Position numbers and translations under genes: made by a program. A stretch of DNA of 63,914 bases, filler included, from Chiloscyllium plagiosum (lineage: Eukaryota), in the NCBI RefSeq assembly GCF_004010195.1. It is 4 parts of one record of this genome, joined end to end, with 100 filler letters (N's around TTAATTAATTAA, not from the genome) between each part and the next. Parts side by side here need not be neighbours in the genome. Positions count along the whole stretch, not along the records: positions 1 to 27,782 come from NC_057712.1; positions 27,883 to 52,372 come from NC_057712.1; 2 more parts are not named here. The stretch is one strand, 5' to 3'. This document shows positions 25,150-37,400 of this stretch, piece after piece. How positions within the stretch are numbered: position 1 is the stretch's first letter; each line of letters starts with the position of its first letter. The notes beneath the pieces are model-generated. The model was given only the letters and a program-made list of their open reading frames with translations. It made no database searches and was not told the origin of the DNA.

Positions 25150-26085
25150 AAATGTTTTGCAATTTATGTAAGTGACTTGGATGAAGAGACTGAGGTACAG
25201 TTCCAAGATTTGCTACTGTCACAAAGATGGATGCAGAAGTAAATTGTGAAGAGGACTTAAGGCTACAAAAGGGTATAGAAAAGTTAAGTACATCGGCAAG
25301 AAGGTAAATGGAGAGTATGAGGTGGTAGAACATGGAAGTGTTCATTTTCTCAGGGAGAATAATAAATGAGCATATTTCTAAATAATGAGGATGCAGCAAT
25401 AGTCTAAGCTGCAGAAGGATCTGGGTATTTTAATGCATGAATCACAAAAGGTTAGTATGCAGGTACAGAAAGTAACTAGGAAAGTTGATAGAATGTTATC
25501 ATCTTGTGAACAGAATTTAATACAAAAGCAGGGATATTATGCTTCTGTTATGCAGGTTACTAGTGAGACCACGTGTTGAGTACTGTGTACAACATTGGCC
25601 TTCATTTTTAAGGAATAACATAAATAAAGTGGAAGCAATTCAGAGGAGGTTTATGAGAACAATATCTGGAATGGATGGTTCATCTTATGAAGTAAGATGG
25701 GACTGTCTAAGCTTAATACTAGTTTAGAATAATATGAAGTGTCTTAATTGAAAGATACAAAACTTTGAGTGAATTTGACGTGGAGAGAATGTTTCTTGTT
25801 GTAATAGAATCTAGAATTGGGGTTACCATTAAAAATAAGTGGTGGCTTATTTAAATAAAGAAATATTTTCATTTGGAGGATTCTAAGTCTTTGGACTCTT
25901 ATTCAAAGGGCAGATGAAGCAGCCTTTAAATATTTTAAAGGCAGATGTATGTAGATTTGTGACAAGCAAAGTTAGGGTGAAAAGTTATTGAGATAGTTGG
26001 AAATGTGGAATGAAGTTACAATCAGCCATGATATTATTAAATGGTGAATCAGGCAGTCAATCCCTTTTAGCCAATCCCTGATTCT
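25150..26085 (+). mobile_element. Old CR1 LINE 3' part
   Basis: LVRPRVEYCVQHW..EAIQRRF peptide and a CR1-type 3' UTR. Confidence 0.75.
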
Positions 26086-26319
26086 AACCAGTATGTGTGT
26101 ATGTCCATATACATAGAAAGGAACAAATAACATGGATTGTACTAGGTTTATAAACTTGTGAACTGACATTATTCAATCTATAGAGGAATCTGAGCAATAT
26201 GGGCTGTATTGAGATTTGTGGCAGAATTGGATGAGAAGTCCAACAAGACTTATCTCAATGTTGGGAGCATCTTGCTCAATGTTTTATACTTTTGACAAGT
26301 GGAGTGGCATGTTTAAAAT

Positions 26320-26520
26320 AAGAAATAGGAATAGGAATAGGTAGTTCAGCCTTGAGCTTGCTCCACCATTAATTGTGATCATGGCTGATGCAATATTCCT
26401 CACATCCACTTTCCTTCATTTTCCCCAGAACCTTTGATTCCCCATTGATCAAGAATCCATCTGTGTCAGCCTTAAATATGTTTAAGGATTCTGCCATCAC
26501 AGCTCTCTGTAGCGAGAGTG
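26320..26520 (-). mobile_element. CR1 LINE 3' end fragment
   Basis: AESLNIFKADTDGFL peptide and 3' UTR. Confidence 0.65.
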
Positions 26521-26871
26521 TTTTGCTGGACAATGGTAAGTTGCCAATCAAAGGGGTTTCTAGCATATTAACTGCCTTGGAGGTGCCCCAAATCATCTAA
26601 TTAATGTTCAGATTATTTCACCAAACATGCCAAACAAGCGAGATGTCGAGAAACTTCAAGGGAGTTTCTGGGACATTTAGCTTGCTGCTGGCTCCATTCT
26701 CCATTTCCAATTGACTTATGCAATTCAATGTTGCACCCCAGGCTGTACCAGTAACTATCATTGTAATGTTGCAGCAAGGACACAGAACATTCAGAGACAT
26801 GTCCACTCGTGGACTGGACCAGGGTATATCTCAAGACTGCTTGCTTGCTCTTATAGTGATCTTTTAGTCTG

Positions 26872-26908
26872 ATCGCTTCTCGGCCTTTTGGCTCAGAATA
26901 TGTGTAGT
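26872..26908 (+). pseudogene. RNU2: U2 snRNA 5' fragment (nt 1-37) forming the head of a Tx1 LINE
   Basis: ATCGCTTCTCGGCCTTTTGGCTCAGAATATGTGTAGT matches 33/37 nt of vertebrate U2 ATCGCTTCTCGGCCTTTTGGCTAAGATCAAGTGTAGT. Confidence 0.92.
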
Positions 26909-28790
26909 TCCTGAGGACCAGAGGAAGAGATTCTGCTCGAGTGCTGTCAGTTCGACACAGCGGACATGTGCTGGCGGGGGAAAAACCACGGGGATCGTGT
27001 TGCGAGTCGTCGGAGCTGCTGGAGACCATCGCTGGATCGTGATTGGACGTTGGAGGATCGTTTGGTTGTGCTGACCTGCTCTTGGTGGATCTTTATGCTG
27101 GCTTCGGCCTAACGCCAATTCAGGTACCAGCCAACCTCAGAGCTATGGCCTCAGCAGCCACTCGCAGCCCTGGCCAGGGCATTCGCAACACAGTCAGGGT
27201 GACTGTGAAGAAAGTGGAGGAGCACACACCGGTCGATCGGACAGTGTTTGTGAAGAAGATTTTGCTGGAGTGCTGTGGGTTCGAAGCAGCGGACGTGTAC
27301 TGCCTGGGGAGCCGCTGTTCTCCATCTTGTCGGCGACCCCATTGTGTGTGCTTCCTGCACAGAGGAGTCGGGTTGTTACAATCCATATGTACAACCCCTA
27401 TGTTCCAGCGGCTGATGTCCTGACCTTCCTGGGAAGGTACGTCCAAGTTGAGGGAGAAGCCACCGACGTGATCGACCCCTTTGGGATCTGGACCAGTAAG
27501 CGGCAGGTCAGGGTAACTCTGAGGGTCGATGACAATGGGAACATTCTCCACCCACCCTCGAGCTTCGCAATTGGAGGGAACAGAGGCTACCTGACATATG
27601 CAGGGCAGCCAAAAGTGTGCCGAGCCTGCGGGAAGTCGGGACATGTGCTGGCGGATTGCAAAGTGACCATCTGCAGGAACTGCAAACAGGAGGGTCACCT
27701 GACTAAGGACTGTCAGGAAGAAAAGAGCTGCAACCTGTGCGGAGAGGCGGGCCACATGTACAAGACCTGCCCAAGACGGGGGNNNNNNNNNNNNNNNNNN
27801 NNNNNNNNNNNNNNNNNNNNNNNNNNTTAATTAATTAANNNNNNNNNNNNNNNNNNNNNNNNNNNNNNNNNNNNNNNNNNNNCCTGGTACGCAAACACCA
27901 AGTGTCACTATGTACTGAGGTTCTACCTGTCCCCGGTTTTGCGAAGGATGGGCCTGGCCTCGCTGCCGCGGAACGCTCCGAGTAGTTGGACCGTTCCGTA
28001 TCACCTGTCCTTCGTGGAGAAGTTTATGAAGAAAAACACCTTTGACCACAAGTCCATCAGGAAGTGGTCAGCGCGTAGTGTCCTTGAGACCCTTCGGGAA
28101 AAGGAGAGGGTGGATCCAATCGTGCGGTTCCCTGAGCAGACTGTCAAAGCCATTTGGCAGAATGCCTCATCGCCAGAACTTTCCAACAAGCCACCAAGAC
28201 ATGGCTTGGCTGGTGGTGAGAAGGGTTCTGCCTGTGCCTGCACGCCCGGACTCTCAGCCGCACCGCACGCTGCCCTCGAAGCGGCTGCAGGGGGAACGAG
28301 ACTGTCACACACCTCCTTCTGGAATGTGCCTACACAGAGGAAGTCTGGAGAGGAATGCAGTGGTGTTTGTCGAGGTTCGTCCCGAGCAGCGCCGTGACGC
28401 GGGACTCCGTGCTCTACGGCCTGTTCCCCGGGACGCACACCGAGACGAACATCAACTTGCCTGGAGGATCATCAACTCAGTGAAGGACGCTCTCTGGGTG
28501 GTCCGAAACCTGCTGATCTTCCAGCTGAAGGAGTTGACCCCGACTGAGTGCTGCAGACTGGCACATTCCATGGACCAGGACTACGTGTTGAGGGATGCGC
28601 TGAAGCTTGGGGCAGCTGCCGCCAAGGCGCGGTGGGGAAAGACCACTGTGTAAAGTCTGCCTGGTACAGACCTGTATAAAAATGATAAGCTTTGATCTCT
28701 GTATGTACATGTTTACATATGTATGGCGTGACCAACTGTACAGACCATCAAATTATTTTATGAATAAAGTATATTTTTGAAATAAAAAAA
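26872..28790 (+). mobile_element. Tx1-clade (L1 group) non-LTR retrotransposon, Keno-like; middle lost in a scaffold gap
   Basis: ORF1 from ATG ~27145 has three CX2CX4HX4C knuckles; ORF2 C-terminus has C..GC..ETVTHLLLEC (zf-RVT) and ends at TAA 28653; AATAAA plus A-tail; TSD ATCTTTTA(G/C)TCTGAT at 26859-26873 and 28791-28805. Confidence 0.9.
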
Positions 28791-30360
28791 ATCTTTTACT
28801 CTGATACTCCCAATAATCCTGCCATGCGCTGCCTTGCCTTTTTGCACTTTGTCCCTTCAGTCAGAGCTATTAGGTCTTGCCATGTTGTTTATTGCAGATA
28901 TAAAGGCAGGAAGCTGGTCATGATTTTTAGCAGGTCTCAGTCAAGTCAAGTGAGATAGTAAGTCAAGCGTGCCTCCAGTACCAGTCCAGAGGCTTAAACA
29001 TGGTCAGTCAGATACTCAGAATGGACAGAGTCAGGATGCTTTTTGTGTGTGGGGTGAGAAGCTGAATGTTGGGCAGCCCACTACCCATCTGGACTGTATT
29101 CTACTGGGGGCTGTTTTCCTCATGAAATAAGAGAGAGTCTGGTATTACAGGAACTGAAAGTGGTTAGCACATCTATTGATCATGGTACGGTTGAGGAGAT
29201 GTTTCAAGAGAGTGATTAGGCAGTGCAGACTGCATGCAGAGTCAGTGTGGTTGGGGTTGAGATGGGTGAGAGCAACTGGAGGAATGTGCTATAATGAATA
29301 TGCGAGAAGAGCAAGGAACAATCTGTTCAGATGTGAAGTAAGAATTCTAAGTTTGAAGATTGATACCTTCACATTCAGACACAGGTACAGGAAAGCAATA
29401 GAGAGATAGGCTTGGATTTGTAAAATACAGTCACATTTGATCAATCTAATCAGTATTTTTGAAGTAACAGACAAGTTTAAAGGGGGAGATGTATTAGATG
29501 TGGTTAGCTCATTTTGCTGGGTGATTGGTTTGTAATGCAGAATGATGCCCATGGTGTAGGTACACTGACTGTACTAGCTGAGGTCACCAGAAGAGTCCTG
29601 CCTTCTCACTGCTACTGCTCACCTGAGGAAAGGTGACCTCCATTATCAGGCATCACTCTGTAGTAAGTTAATGGTCTTCTGGGATTCTGATTCTACCTAC
29701 TTATATAGGTTTGAAGAATGCATTTGACAAAGCACCAGATTAAAACATTGCTAAATAAATTGTGGATTTTTAGAGGGCAATTTGGGTTTGACATGAGTTA
29801 GCACGTCAATCCACACGAATTTCCAACTGGGATTAGAATGGAGTAGTGTGTTTGGTTTATTTCATAAGCTAAAATCATATTGATTTTTAAGATTAATTTT
29901 CTTTTATTTTGATTCAAGGTAGTAGTGAGGTTAAAAGAAAAAGTTAGCTAAACAGCATAATCACATTCAGATTCTGATGCATCAGACAGAATTTCTGTGA
30001 CAATGCAACATGGCTGGACTAGCGTCAACCGTTAGGCCTTATTTAGAAATGGAACATAAGGATGATCCCATAACATGCCAAGAAAGACAAAGCAATGGGA
30101 TTTGGTCAAGGCTGAGAATGAAGAACAGAGTTCAGAGAGGAGTCAGGATGGCGCTGGGGAAGGTAGGCAGTGGTGAAACCAGGAGTAACAGGCTCCTTGC
30201 CACTTTTGGAATTTGTGAAAATAAAGGTGTTTATTTAAAACAGACCATTCCAGAAGTCATCTATTGTTTACAATGATTTACAATGTTTAAATGTCTGATG
30301 AATGCTCAATGAGTTGGATAGCTACCTGGCAATTTTGTTTCTTGGGTAGGCTCTGCTAAT

Positions 30361-30489
30361 ATTCATTCCTGAAGAAGGGCTTATGCCCGAAACGTCGATT
30401 CTCCTGCTTCTTTGATGTTGCCTGACCTGCTGCGCTTTTCCAGCAACACATTTTTAAGCTCCGATCTCCAGCATCTGCAGTCCTCACTT
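30361..30489 (+). mobile_element. Short Penelope-terminus insert (family A)
   Basis: 9-bp TSD TCTGCTAAT at 30352-30360 and 30490-30498; same sequence as the Penelope terminus at 63545-63640. Confidence 0.88.
30365..30400 (+). ncRNA. Minimal type I hammerhead ribozyme motif (family A), intact core
   Basis: tc CTGAAGA a gggc ttat gccc GAAACGTC ga; GUC cleavage triplet; palindromic ACGT stem III. Confidence 0.82.
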
Positions 30490-32173
30490 TCTGCTAATGT
30501 TGGCTTCATACATGGCTGTTGGCCTGAACCTTGAGGCACCTGAGATTATTTCATATAATAATCTACCTTAACTACTGGTGCTTCAAACCTCAAAAAGATT
30601 CTGCAAATGGGTGAGCATATTTTAATTTAACACTCGTATTTAGTGCAGAAAGTTCAGGAACAACCCAGTCAAGAATTCAAAGAATCTGAAAGGGTATTTG
30701 AGAAGGAGGCTTCCGAGGGAAGGTATTAGAGACAAGGCCAAATCCATGTTGGATAATCTACGCTTGGGCCAAGCGAGGGAGTGAAGCCAAATCCACCCTG
30801 GACAATCTGCACTGGGGCTAGATTGGATCCACACAAACAAACAGTGCTGGGACTAAAGATAAAGTAGGCCATATCTACATTGGAGTAACTCAGATAAATT
30901 CAGGAAAACCATATAGGCTCCAGAAAGGAACCTTACTTATACTAATTACAGGAGCCTTGCAGATTTGAGAACTGACTGGGTCAGGCAGGAGAATGCCTAA
31001 CAGAAAGAAAGAGGAAAAGGCTTTGATTTTGATTGGGCAGCCGAGGACCCCAGCGGGAGGTTCATAATGGAATACTAAGCAAAACTAATGTAGAAAATGC
31101 AGGAGGATGTTTGGGATCTGTGTAACGCATCTGCAGAATGGAAACATTGGTGAGTGAGTTAACACAAGGGCCGAGAGCAGAAAGCAATGATAATAGTTAC
31201 TGGTCTATATTTACAAGTGGTTAGACAAATGAGTGGAAAGATCTTGGGGAGGAGATGACAGTTGGCAAGAGCTTGCAATGAGTACAGTGAGTACGGAGGG
31301 GAGAGACCATTCCGTATGATAAAGCATTATCAGCAACCACCCCAGCTTGTGGGGATATTAACCTTATGGCCCATAGGACAATAACTGATTAAACTAGTAA
31401 GTTCAGGAAATCGGATGCAACTAAAACAGAAGGAAGAAATCATCATTGTCATTTTAAATTTACAACTGTGCAGATGTTAATAGAAAATGAAACCATAAGT
31501 CAGTGCCTGTGGCTGGCATCAATGAGGATAAGATAGAAACAGCTGAAAAAATGCAGAGGATTCATCTGGCTCTGTATAATGAGTCACAACTGCCCGCTGC
31601 ACTATAGTTCAAGAAAGCAGAACTCACCCTATAGTTAGAAAGAAGTCAACGTAAATTAGGATATAGTTCACAGAACATCTGTTCAAATCTTTGGAAAGGG
31701 TATGAACTGTCTTCTTCAATTTTAATTTTAATGCATTTTTTTTACATTGTACAAGCTCAAGTTGTTCTCACAACATAGATAACTTCATTTTGGAAGAAAT
31801 CCAATTTGTTAGAATTGGGAATATTTTGTTCGTATAAAGTGCTGTCGTTGGCTTGTTCTCAAAACATAGATTAACTCGTTTGGTTAAGATGTCCACTTTG
31901 AAATTAACAAAAAGAAAATATGAGAAATGTAAAGGTGCAGGATACGTGCATCTATTGTGAAGGTGACTTGGGGAATGCTAAAAGAGTGGTGAAATTATTG
32001 AAAACATTGTGGAAAATCTGAGAAAGACTTTTCACAATTTAAAAGGTCAGTTTGAAATGATCTGAACATTTTAGTAGTTTCCTAAACAAAATCAATTTAC
32101 AACACGAAGTATCTTGGTGATTTGGGCTCCCTCCCCTTTCCCACACCAACAGATAGTTAACTCTTTCTGCTGG

Positions 32174-32813
32174 TGTTGGAGAATTGTCCAATTTCAAATA
32201 AAGCTGGTAAGCAGACCTTGTGAAATTGACAAGTTTGTTTATTTCACAATTTCATGGGAAGAGGTCGATGACCACTCGGGTACAGAATGGCTGCTCCGCA
32301 CTGATGAGTTGTAACCTCCCTGCTCAGTTACTGGCATATGCAGTTTATAAAGGGTTACAACTGGTTGATGGTTGATTACAGAACAATACAGGTCTAACTA
32401 CGATAGATAGTTTAACAATATTAAAAAGGACTAACAATACAACTGGTCTAACTGCCTTGATTAGTTGAACAATCAGTCACATCCTGTGCAGAATGGCTCA
32501 TGGTCTATAGTCATCAGTATTAAGTAGTTTGGAGACATATAGTCTTTGGGTACACTGTTGTAGCTAGGATTCCCCATAGGGACAGAAAGCCCCTTCGGGC
32601 TCCTGCCAATGGGTGTAGAGGTGGAGTGTCATTGTCGGTGAGAGAATCCCATTAGCAGGTCATTTAGTTAATGTGTTTCCTCCGATTAAGAAATGGCTTG
32701 TTCATAGCCAACTCCTGTGTGTAGCTTGAGTCATAACTGATATTGTGGGCATGTCCCCTCTTAGCTAGGGAAAATGGTTTCCGAAAGCAAAAATGGTTTC
32801 CCCTCCTCCCACA
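32174..32813 (-). repeat. ERV 3' LTR (640 bp)
   Basis: Minus strand TGTGGGAG...CTCCAACA (7/8 inverted repeat); TATAAA at 32349-32344; AATAAA at 32243-32238; directly preceded by a PPT. Confidence 0.88.
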
Positions 32814-32828
32814 ATTTCCCACTTTTTA
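32814..32828 (-). promoter_or_regulatory. Retroviral polypurine tract
   Basis: Minus strand AAAAAGTGGGAAAT immediately before the LTR TG. Confidence 0.85.
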
Positions 32829-32837
32829 AAATCCAAG

Positions 32838-34430
32838 TTACAGGTCGGGAGCTTCGGCAAAAGGGGGAATGTAGCCAGAGTCAGGGGGAGGCTCGAAGTC
32901 AGATGAGTAGCCCTCAGTCTCAGAGTGGTCAGACACAATGTGGTCTGAACCTGGATGCTCTGCATCTTGGCTCGGGTTGTCATGAAAGTGAATCCTGGCC
33001 AAGTGGTTGGTCATTGGGGCAGCACTGCTTAACAAACGTAATAAGGATTGCCCCAAGGCTCCCAGCCTCATTCCTGATGAAGGGTTTTTGCCCAAAACAT
33101 CGATTTACCTGCTTGTCGAATGCTGCCTGACCTTATATGATTAGATTAGATTCCCTACAGTGTGGAAACAGGCCCTTCGGCCCAACTGCTGTGCTTTTCT
33201 GGCACCACACTCTTGTGTCTAATCTCAGGCATCTGCAGTCCTCACTTTCGCCTAGTAATAAGGATCGCAATGAGGGCAAGGATTGCAATAAAGATGATGA
33301 GCCCTTGTAAAACGGCACTGCCCCAGGACCTGAGCCAGGAGCTCATCCTGCTCCACAGGTCCCACTGGGGGTGTTGTTTATTAAGAGCAGAGGCTGCTTG
33401 TCAGATATATCGGGTGAGGTTAGTAACGTTTCCGCTGGGGTCGGGAATATAAGTACAGCAGTTGGAGCTGATGAGGGCGCATGTGCCCCCCCTTTTCAAC
33501 TAACAGATAATCCAAGGCCATCCTGTTCTGGAAAGTGACGGTGCGAAAAGCAACTGCTTCCACGTTAAGCTGGCCCAGAGCCTTCGCTGTGGCATTTGCC
33601 ACTTCTTCCAGGGTGGTGGCCACTTGGCAGATCTCTGTTTCCAGCTGGATAGCTGCATAAGGTGGTTAAAAGATGGAGAGGATCTGGTCAAATGAGGTAA
33701 TAGTTCGCCTTCTGTGAGGGGAGGGGTGACTTCTTAAAGGGAGATGGTCAGTCTGAGTCCCCATCCAAAAGGCAGTGAAATTGGCATTCTGGGCAGTCTT
33801 GTTAAGAACCTGAATGTTCAGTATGCTTTTGTCTGCTCTGGATCGACTTGTCGATGAGGTCATCTGCTGATGCCAGCATTCCATCCTGACAAATGGATAC
33901 TTCTCAGATGGATGGTCCTCCTGGGTGTACCTCCCCCTGTAGTGTCCATGAGGAGCAAGGCCAGGGACTTCATGGGAGAGATTGTACCGAAGGTAGAACC
34001 AACACTTCAATTTGTCCAAATTATATCCCACTGACTTCCAGCATGCCTGGCCGTTATCCCCATAAATCCCCCTCCCAGCTACAAATGTCAGGGTCGTGAC
34101 CTCGGGGCACCTGTCTTGCTTCTGCCACCATTCAGCCATGGCTGACTCATTAAAGGGAATGGGCCTCAGTGGAACATCCCCTTAGGAGTGCATAGGTACG
34201 TGAGCACACACCCAGCAGCTAGTACAGTTAACTTTCTGAGCATAGACATAAGTCATAAACAGGAATGTACTATCATGTAATTCTTGAATGCTAAGGTCCC
34301 TCACTCCATTCTCTGTGATCCACTCATGTCCAGACAATGTTGCCAGGGCGAAGAGAAGGACGGTGACAGCTGCAGTGGCTAGTTGGCCTCTTGCACAGTT
34401 ATCTGGAGGGCTGGGGTCTGCTGTACCTTC
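32838..34430 (-). pseudogene. env: ERV envelope (gamma-type) pseudogene
   Basis: Signal-like LATAAVTVLLFALATLSG; SU motif NCTSCWVC; basic site HRRR; ISU FQNRMALDYLL; CALISSNCC (CX6CC); membrane span LIIFIAILALIAILIT. Contains stops and frameshifts. Confidence 0.92.
33052..33254 (+). mobile_element. Family A Penelope-terminus insert in env, with a nested minus-strand SINE tail (~33139-33187)
   Basis: 14-bp TSD GTAATAAGGAT(T/C)GC at 33038-33051 and 33255-33268; degenerate hammerhead CTGATGAAGGGTTTTTGCCCAAAAC. Confidence 0.85.
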
Positions 34431-34434
34431 TGCT

Positions 34435-37400
34435 CAGTTTCCTTCAGGGGGCGGTGCTCTTTTGCATCGGGTCCGATGTGTCCAACCGCGCCTTCCTTTC
34501 ACTTTCACAGCTGTCCGGGTTGTCAGGAGTACAATGAACAGGCCTTTTCTCCGAAGAGAGAAAGGGTTCTTTGCAAATGATTTTATCATGACATAGTGCC
34601 CAGGCTGGAATGGATGCAGTGGCTCATTTTAAGGTATGGGCATGGCTGCTTTCACTAGTTCGTAGTTATGGGCTACCATTTTGCTGAGTGCTTAGACAGC
34701 AGAGCCTCCTGTGTCAGAAGTAATGCTACATCCGCAGGGAGTTTCGGGGGTCTGGCCCCCATAGGCATTGGTCTGCCCTTAAGGATCTCAAAAGGGGTCA
34801 GTCCAGTGGTCTGGTTCACTTGGCTACATAAAGTGTACAGGGCCAAAGGCAAGGCGCCTGGCCATGCGCGACCTGTCTCTGGGGTAATTTTAATCAGGGG
34901 ACTCATCAGCTCCACCATGCCTGAGGACTGGGGTTGATCATGGATGTGATATATCAATGTAATACCCAGTGCTTTGCTAACCCCAGCTGTGGTGATGGTT
35001 GCGGTAAAGTGAGTCCCTTTATCACTCTTTATGCTACCCAGAATCCCAAATCTGGGAATGCCATCCTTCATTAGACATTTAACCACTGTCCTAGCATCAT
35101 CCCTTTTTGTGGTGAATGCTTCCACCCATTTAGAGAAATGTCTCGGATTACCAGGAGATATTTGAAACCCTGTTTAGTTGGCATGTTAGCAAAGTCAATT
35201 TGCAGCTGAGTGAAGGGTCCCTCTGGGATGGGCAAATGGGCATGCCTGGCCACGGGCTTACCCTCATTGTTCTATAGACATATCAAAAAGTGTGACATCA
35301 GCGCTTGGGCAGCAGCTGCAAACCCTGGTGCATATCTGGTCTGTCTCACAGCAAGTGTCATCCCTCTCTTTCTGGTGTGGCCGACTCCATGGGCTGCCAG
35401 TGCCAGGAGATGCAAGTCGGGCCTGGGGCAAATGATACATCCATCAGGGTGCACGAGCAGTCCTAGAGTAAGGGATCCCTTAGCACTGATGTGGACCTAG
35501 CTATCCTTCTCAGCCTGGGGAGCAGTATGTTGAGCTGCTCGCACTCCCTCTGTGAGGTCAGGGGCTGCCGAGGCTTCCCAGATTCTGAGAGCTTGCAACA
35601 CACACGTGGTGGGATTCAATGCAGCTTGTCGAGCTGCTTGGTCAGTGCAAGCATTCCCATGAGTGACAGGATCATCGGCATTGGCATGGGCAGCATATTT
35701 TAAAACAGCTACAGCAGAGGGCAGCAGAATAACTTTCAATAGATTGTCGACCAGTCAGGAATAGCTGCAGGGGTCTCCCGGAAGAGATAATGAAACCTAT
35801 CTGTTTCTAGAGGGTGCAAAGTCATGCACAACCCCAAAGACATATCTGGAGTCCATGTAGATACTAGCAGAACTACCCATTGGCGCGAATGCAAGCCCGA
35901 GTGAGGGCAAACAGCTCAGCAGCTTGTGCAGATGTCCCGAGCAGTAGCGCAGCAAACTCAAGTTTCTCAAAGGGGGTAAAAACTGCCTAATCCACTAACA
36001 TCTGTTGATCCGAGGGCCTAAGTGAGGATCCCTTCGGTAAAGAGGATCAGGTCAGGGTTTTTTATTGGTGCCATAATGGCACGGGGCTAAAAACTACTGA
36101 ATTAAATCCAAACAGTCATGACCTTCCACATGAGGATTTAGACTGACAGGAAGAAGGGTGGTGGGGTTCAAAGCAGGGGCACATTGGCACGGGATATTAA
36201 TGTGACCACATAGCCTGTTCTCCTAGAGGCTGTGAAATGTTGAGTTGCTGCTGAATTGGCCAGCAGGGTGACCGAATAGGGAACCAAAACAGTGCATGGA
36301 TAAACCAGCCTAATAGGGGTGGACTTTTCTACCATTATGGTAGTGGCCACTATGGCTCTTAAACAGGCCGACATTCCCCTCCCAACAGGTGGCAACTGTA
36401 TAGAGTAAAAGGCTACAGGGTGCCGGAGATCCCCATGCATCTGTGTCAAAAACCCGGACGCATATCCCTCTTTCTCAGTCACATACAGTTGAAACGGTTG
36501 TGTATAGTCAGGGACCCCGAGAGGAGGAGCAGAAATCAAACGCTGTTTTTGTTCCTTAAAAGTCTGTTCCATTTCAGGTGTCCAGCACACCTTTGCTGGT
36601 TGTTTTGGCAAGGACGCCATGTGAAGGGGTGCATCAATAGCACGATGGTCAGGTATCCGGCGTCTGCAGTACTTGATCATACCCAAGAAAGCTAAAAGTT
36701 CAGTTCGTGTGGCAGGCGTGGAGAGGTTTGTGATGGCGGTTAGACAGCACTCTGAGGCCATGCGATAGTTTGTAGCTCAGGTAACGGACTGTGCACTGGC
36801 AAAGTTGCATTTTTCTTCTCCAGGGACTTTGTGTCCATCCTGTGCCAGGCCATGGAGCAGGATGACAGTGTCTTTCATGTAGGCATCATTGGAGGTGGAG
36901 GCCACTAACAAATCATCAGCATATTGGAGCAAGATGCTTTGATAAGGCAAGTGGAGAGTCCTGAGCGTACAGTGCACTGTGGAGGCAGATACCGTGGGAC
37001 TCTCTGTATACCCTTGGGGAAGCCAGATCATGTGTATTGGCGGCCACCATAAGTAAAGGTGAAAAGACACTGGCTCTCAAGGGACAGTCTGATGGAGAAA
37101 AAGTCTGAACATAGGTCAATTCCAGAAAAGCAAGTGGCTGAGGGAAGGATACTGGTAAGGATGGCATTAGTGTCTGGGACCACCGAGGAGCAGGGGAATG
37201 GCCCACCTGTCATGGACAAAATGCCACCTTCCCGGCTTCCCAGGTTATGGGATTGGTAGTACAGGTGTATTACAGGGGCTGCTGATCAGCACCAAAATGC
37301 CTTGTTGTAGGAGGGATTTGATGACAGGTTGATTCCCTCTGTTGACGGTAGTACAGCCCCTACATGTGACAGTATGTGGCAGGGCGGAGAGCACAAGGCC

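Noticed and set aside
26872..26908. Functional U2 snRNA gene
   Set aside because: Only 37 nt are present, with no Sm site or 3' stems, and the fragment is fused to a LINE.
27270..27782. Host ZCCHC3/CNBP-like zinc-knuckle gene
   Set aside because: It lies within a TSD-bounded element with ORF2 and an A-tail, so it is Tx1 ORF1.
27827..27838. TTAATTAATTAA between N runs (also 52417-52428 and 59631-59642)
   Set aside because: An identical all-frame-stop linker centred in 100-nt gaps is a scaffolding artefact.
32838..34430. Domesticated syncytin-like env
   Set aside because: In-frame stops, a frameshift and an insertion at the membrane-spanning region.
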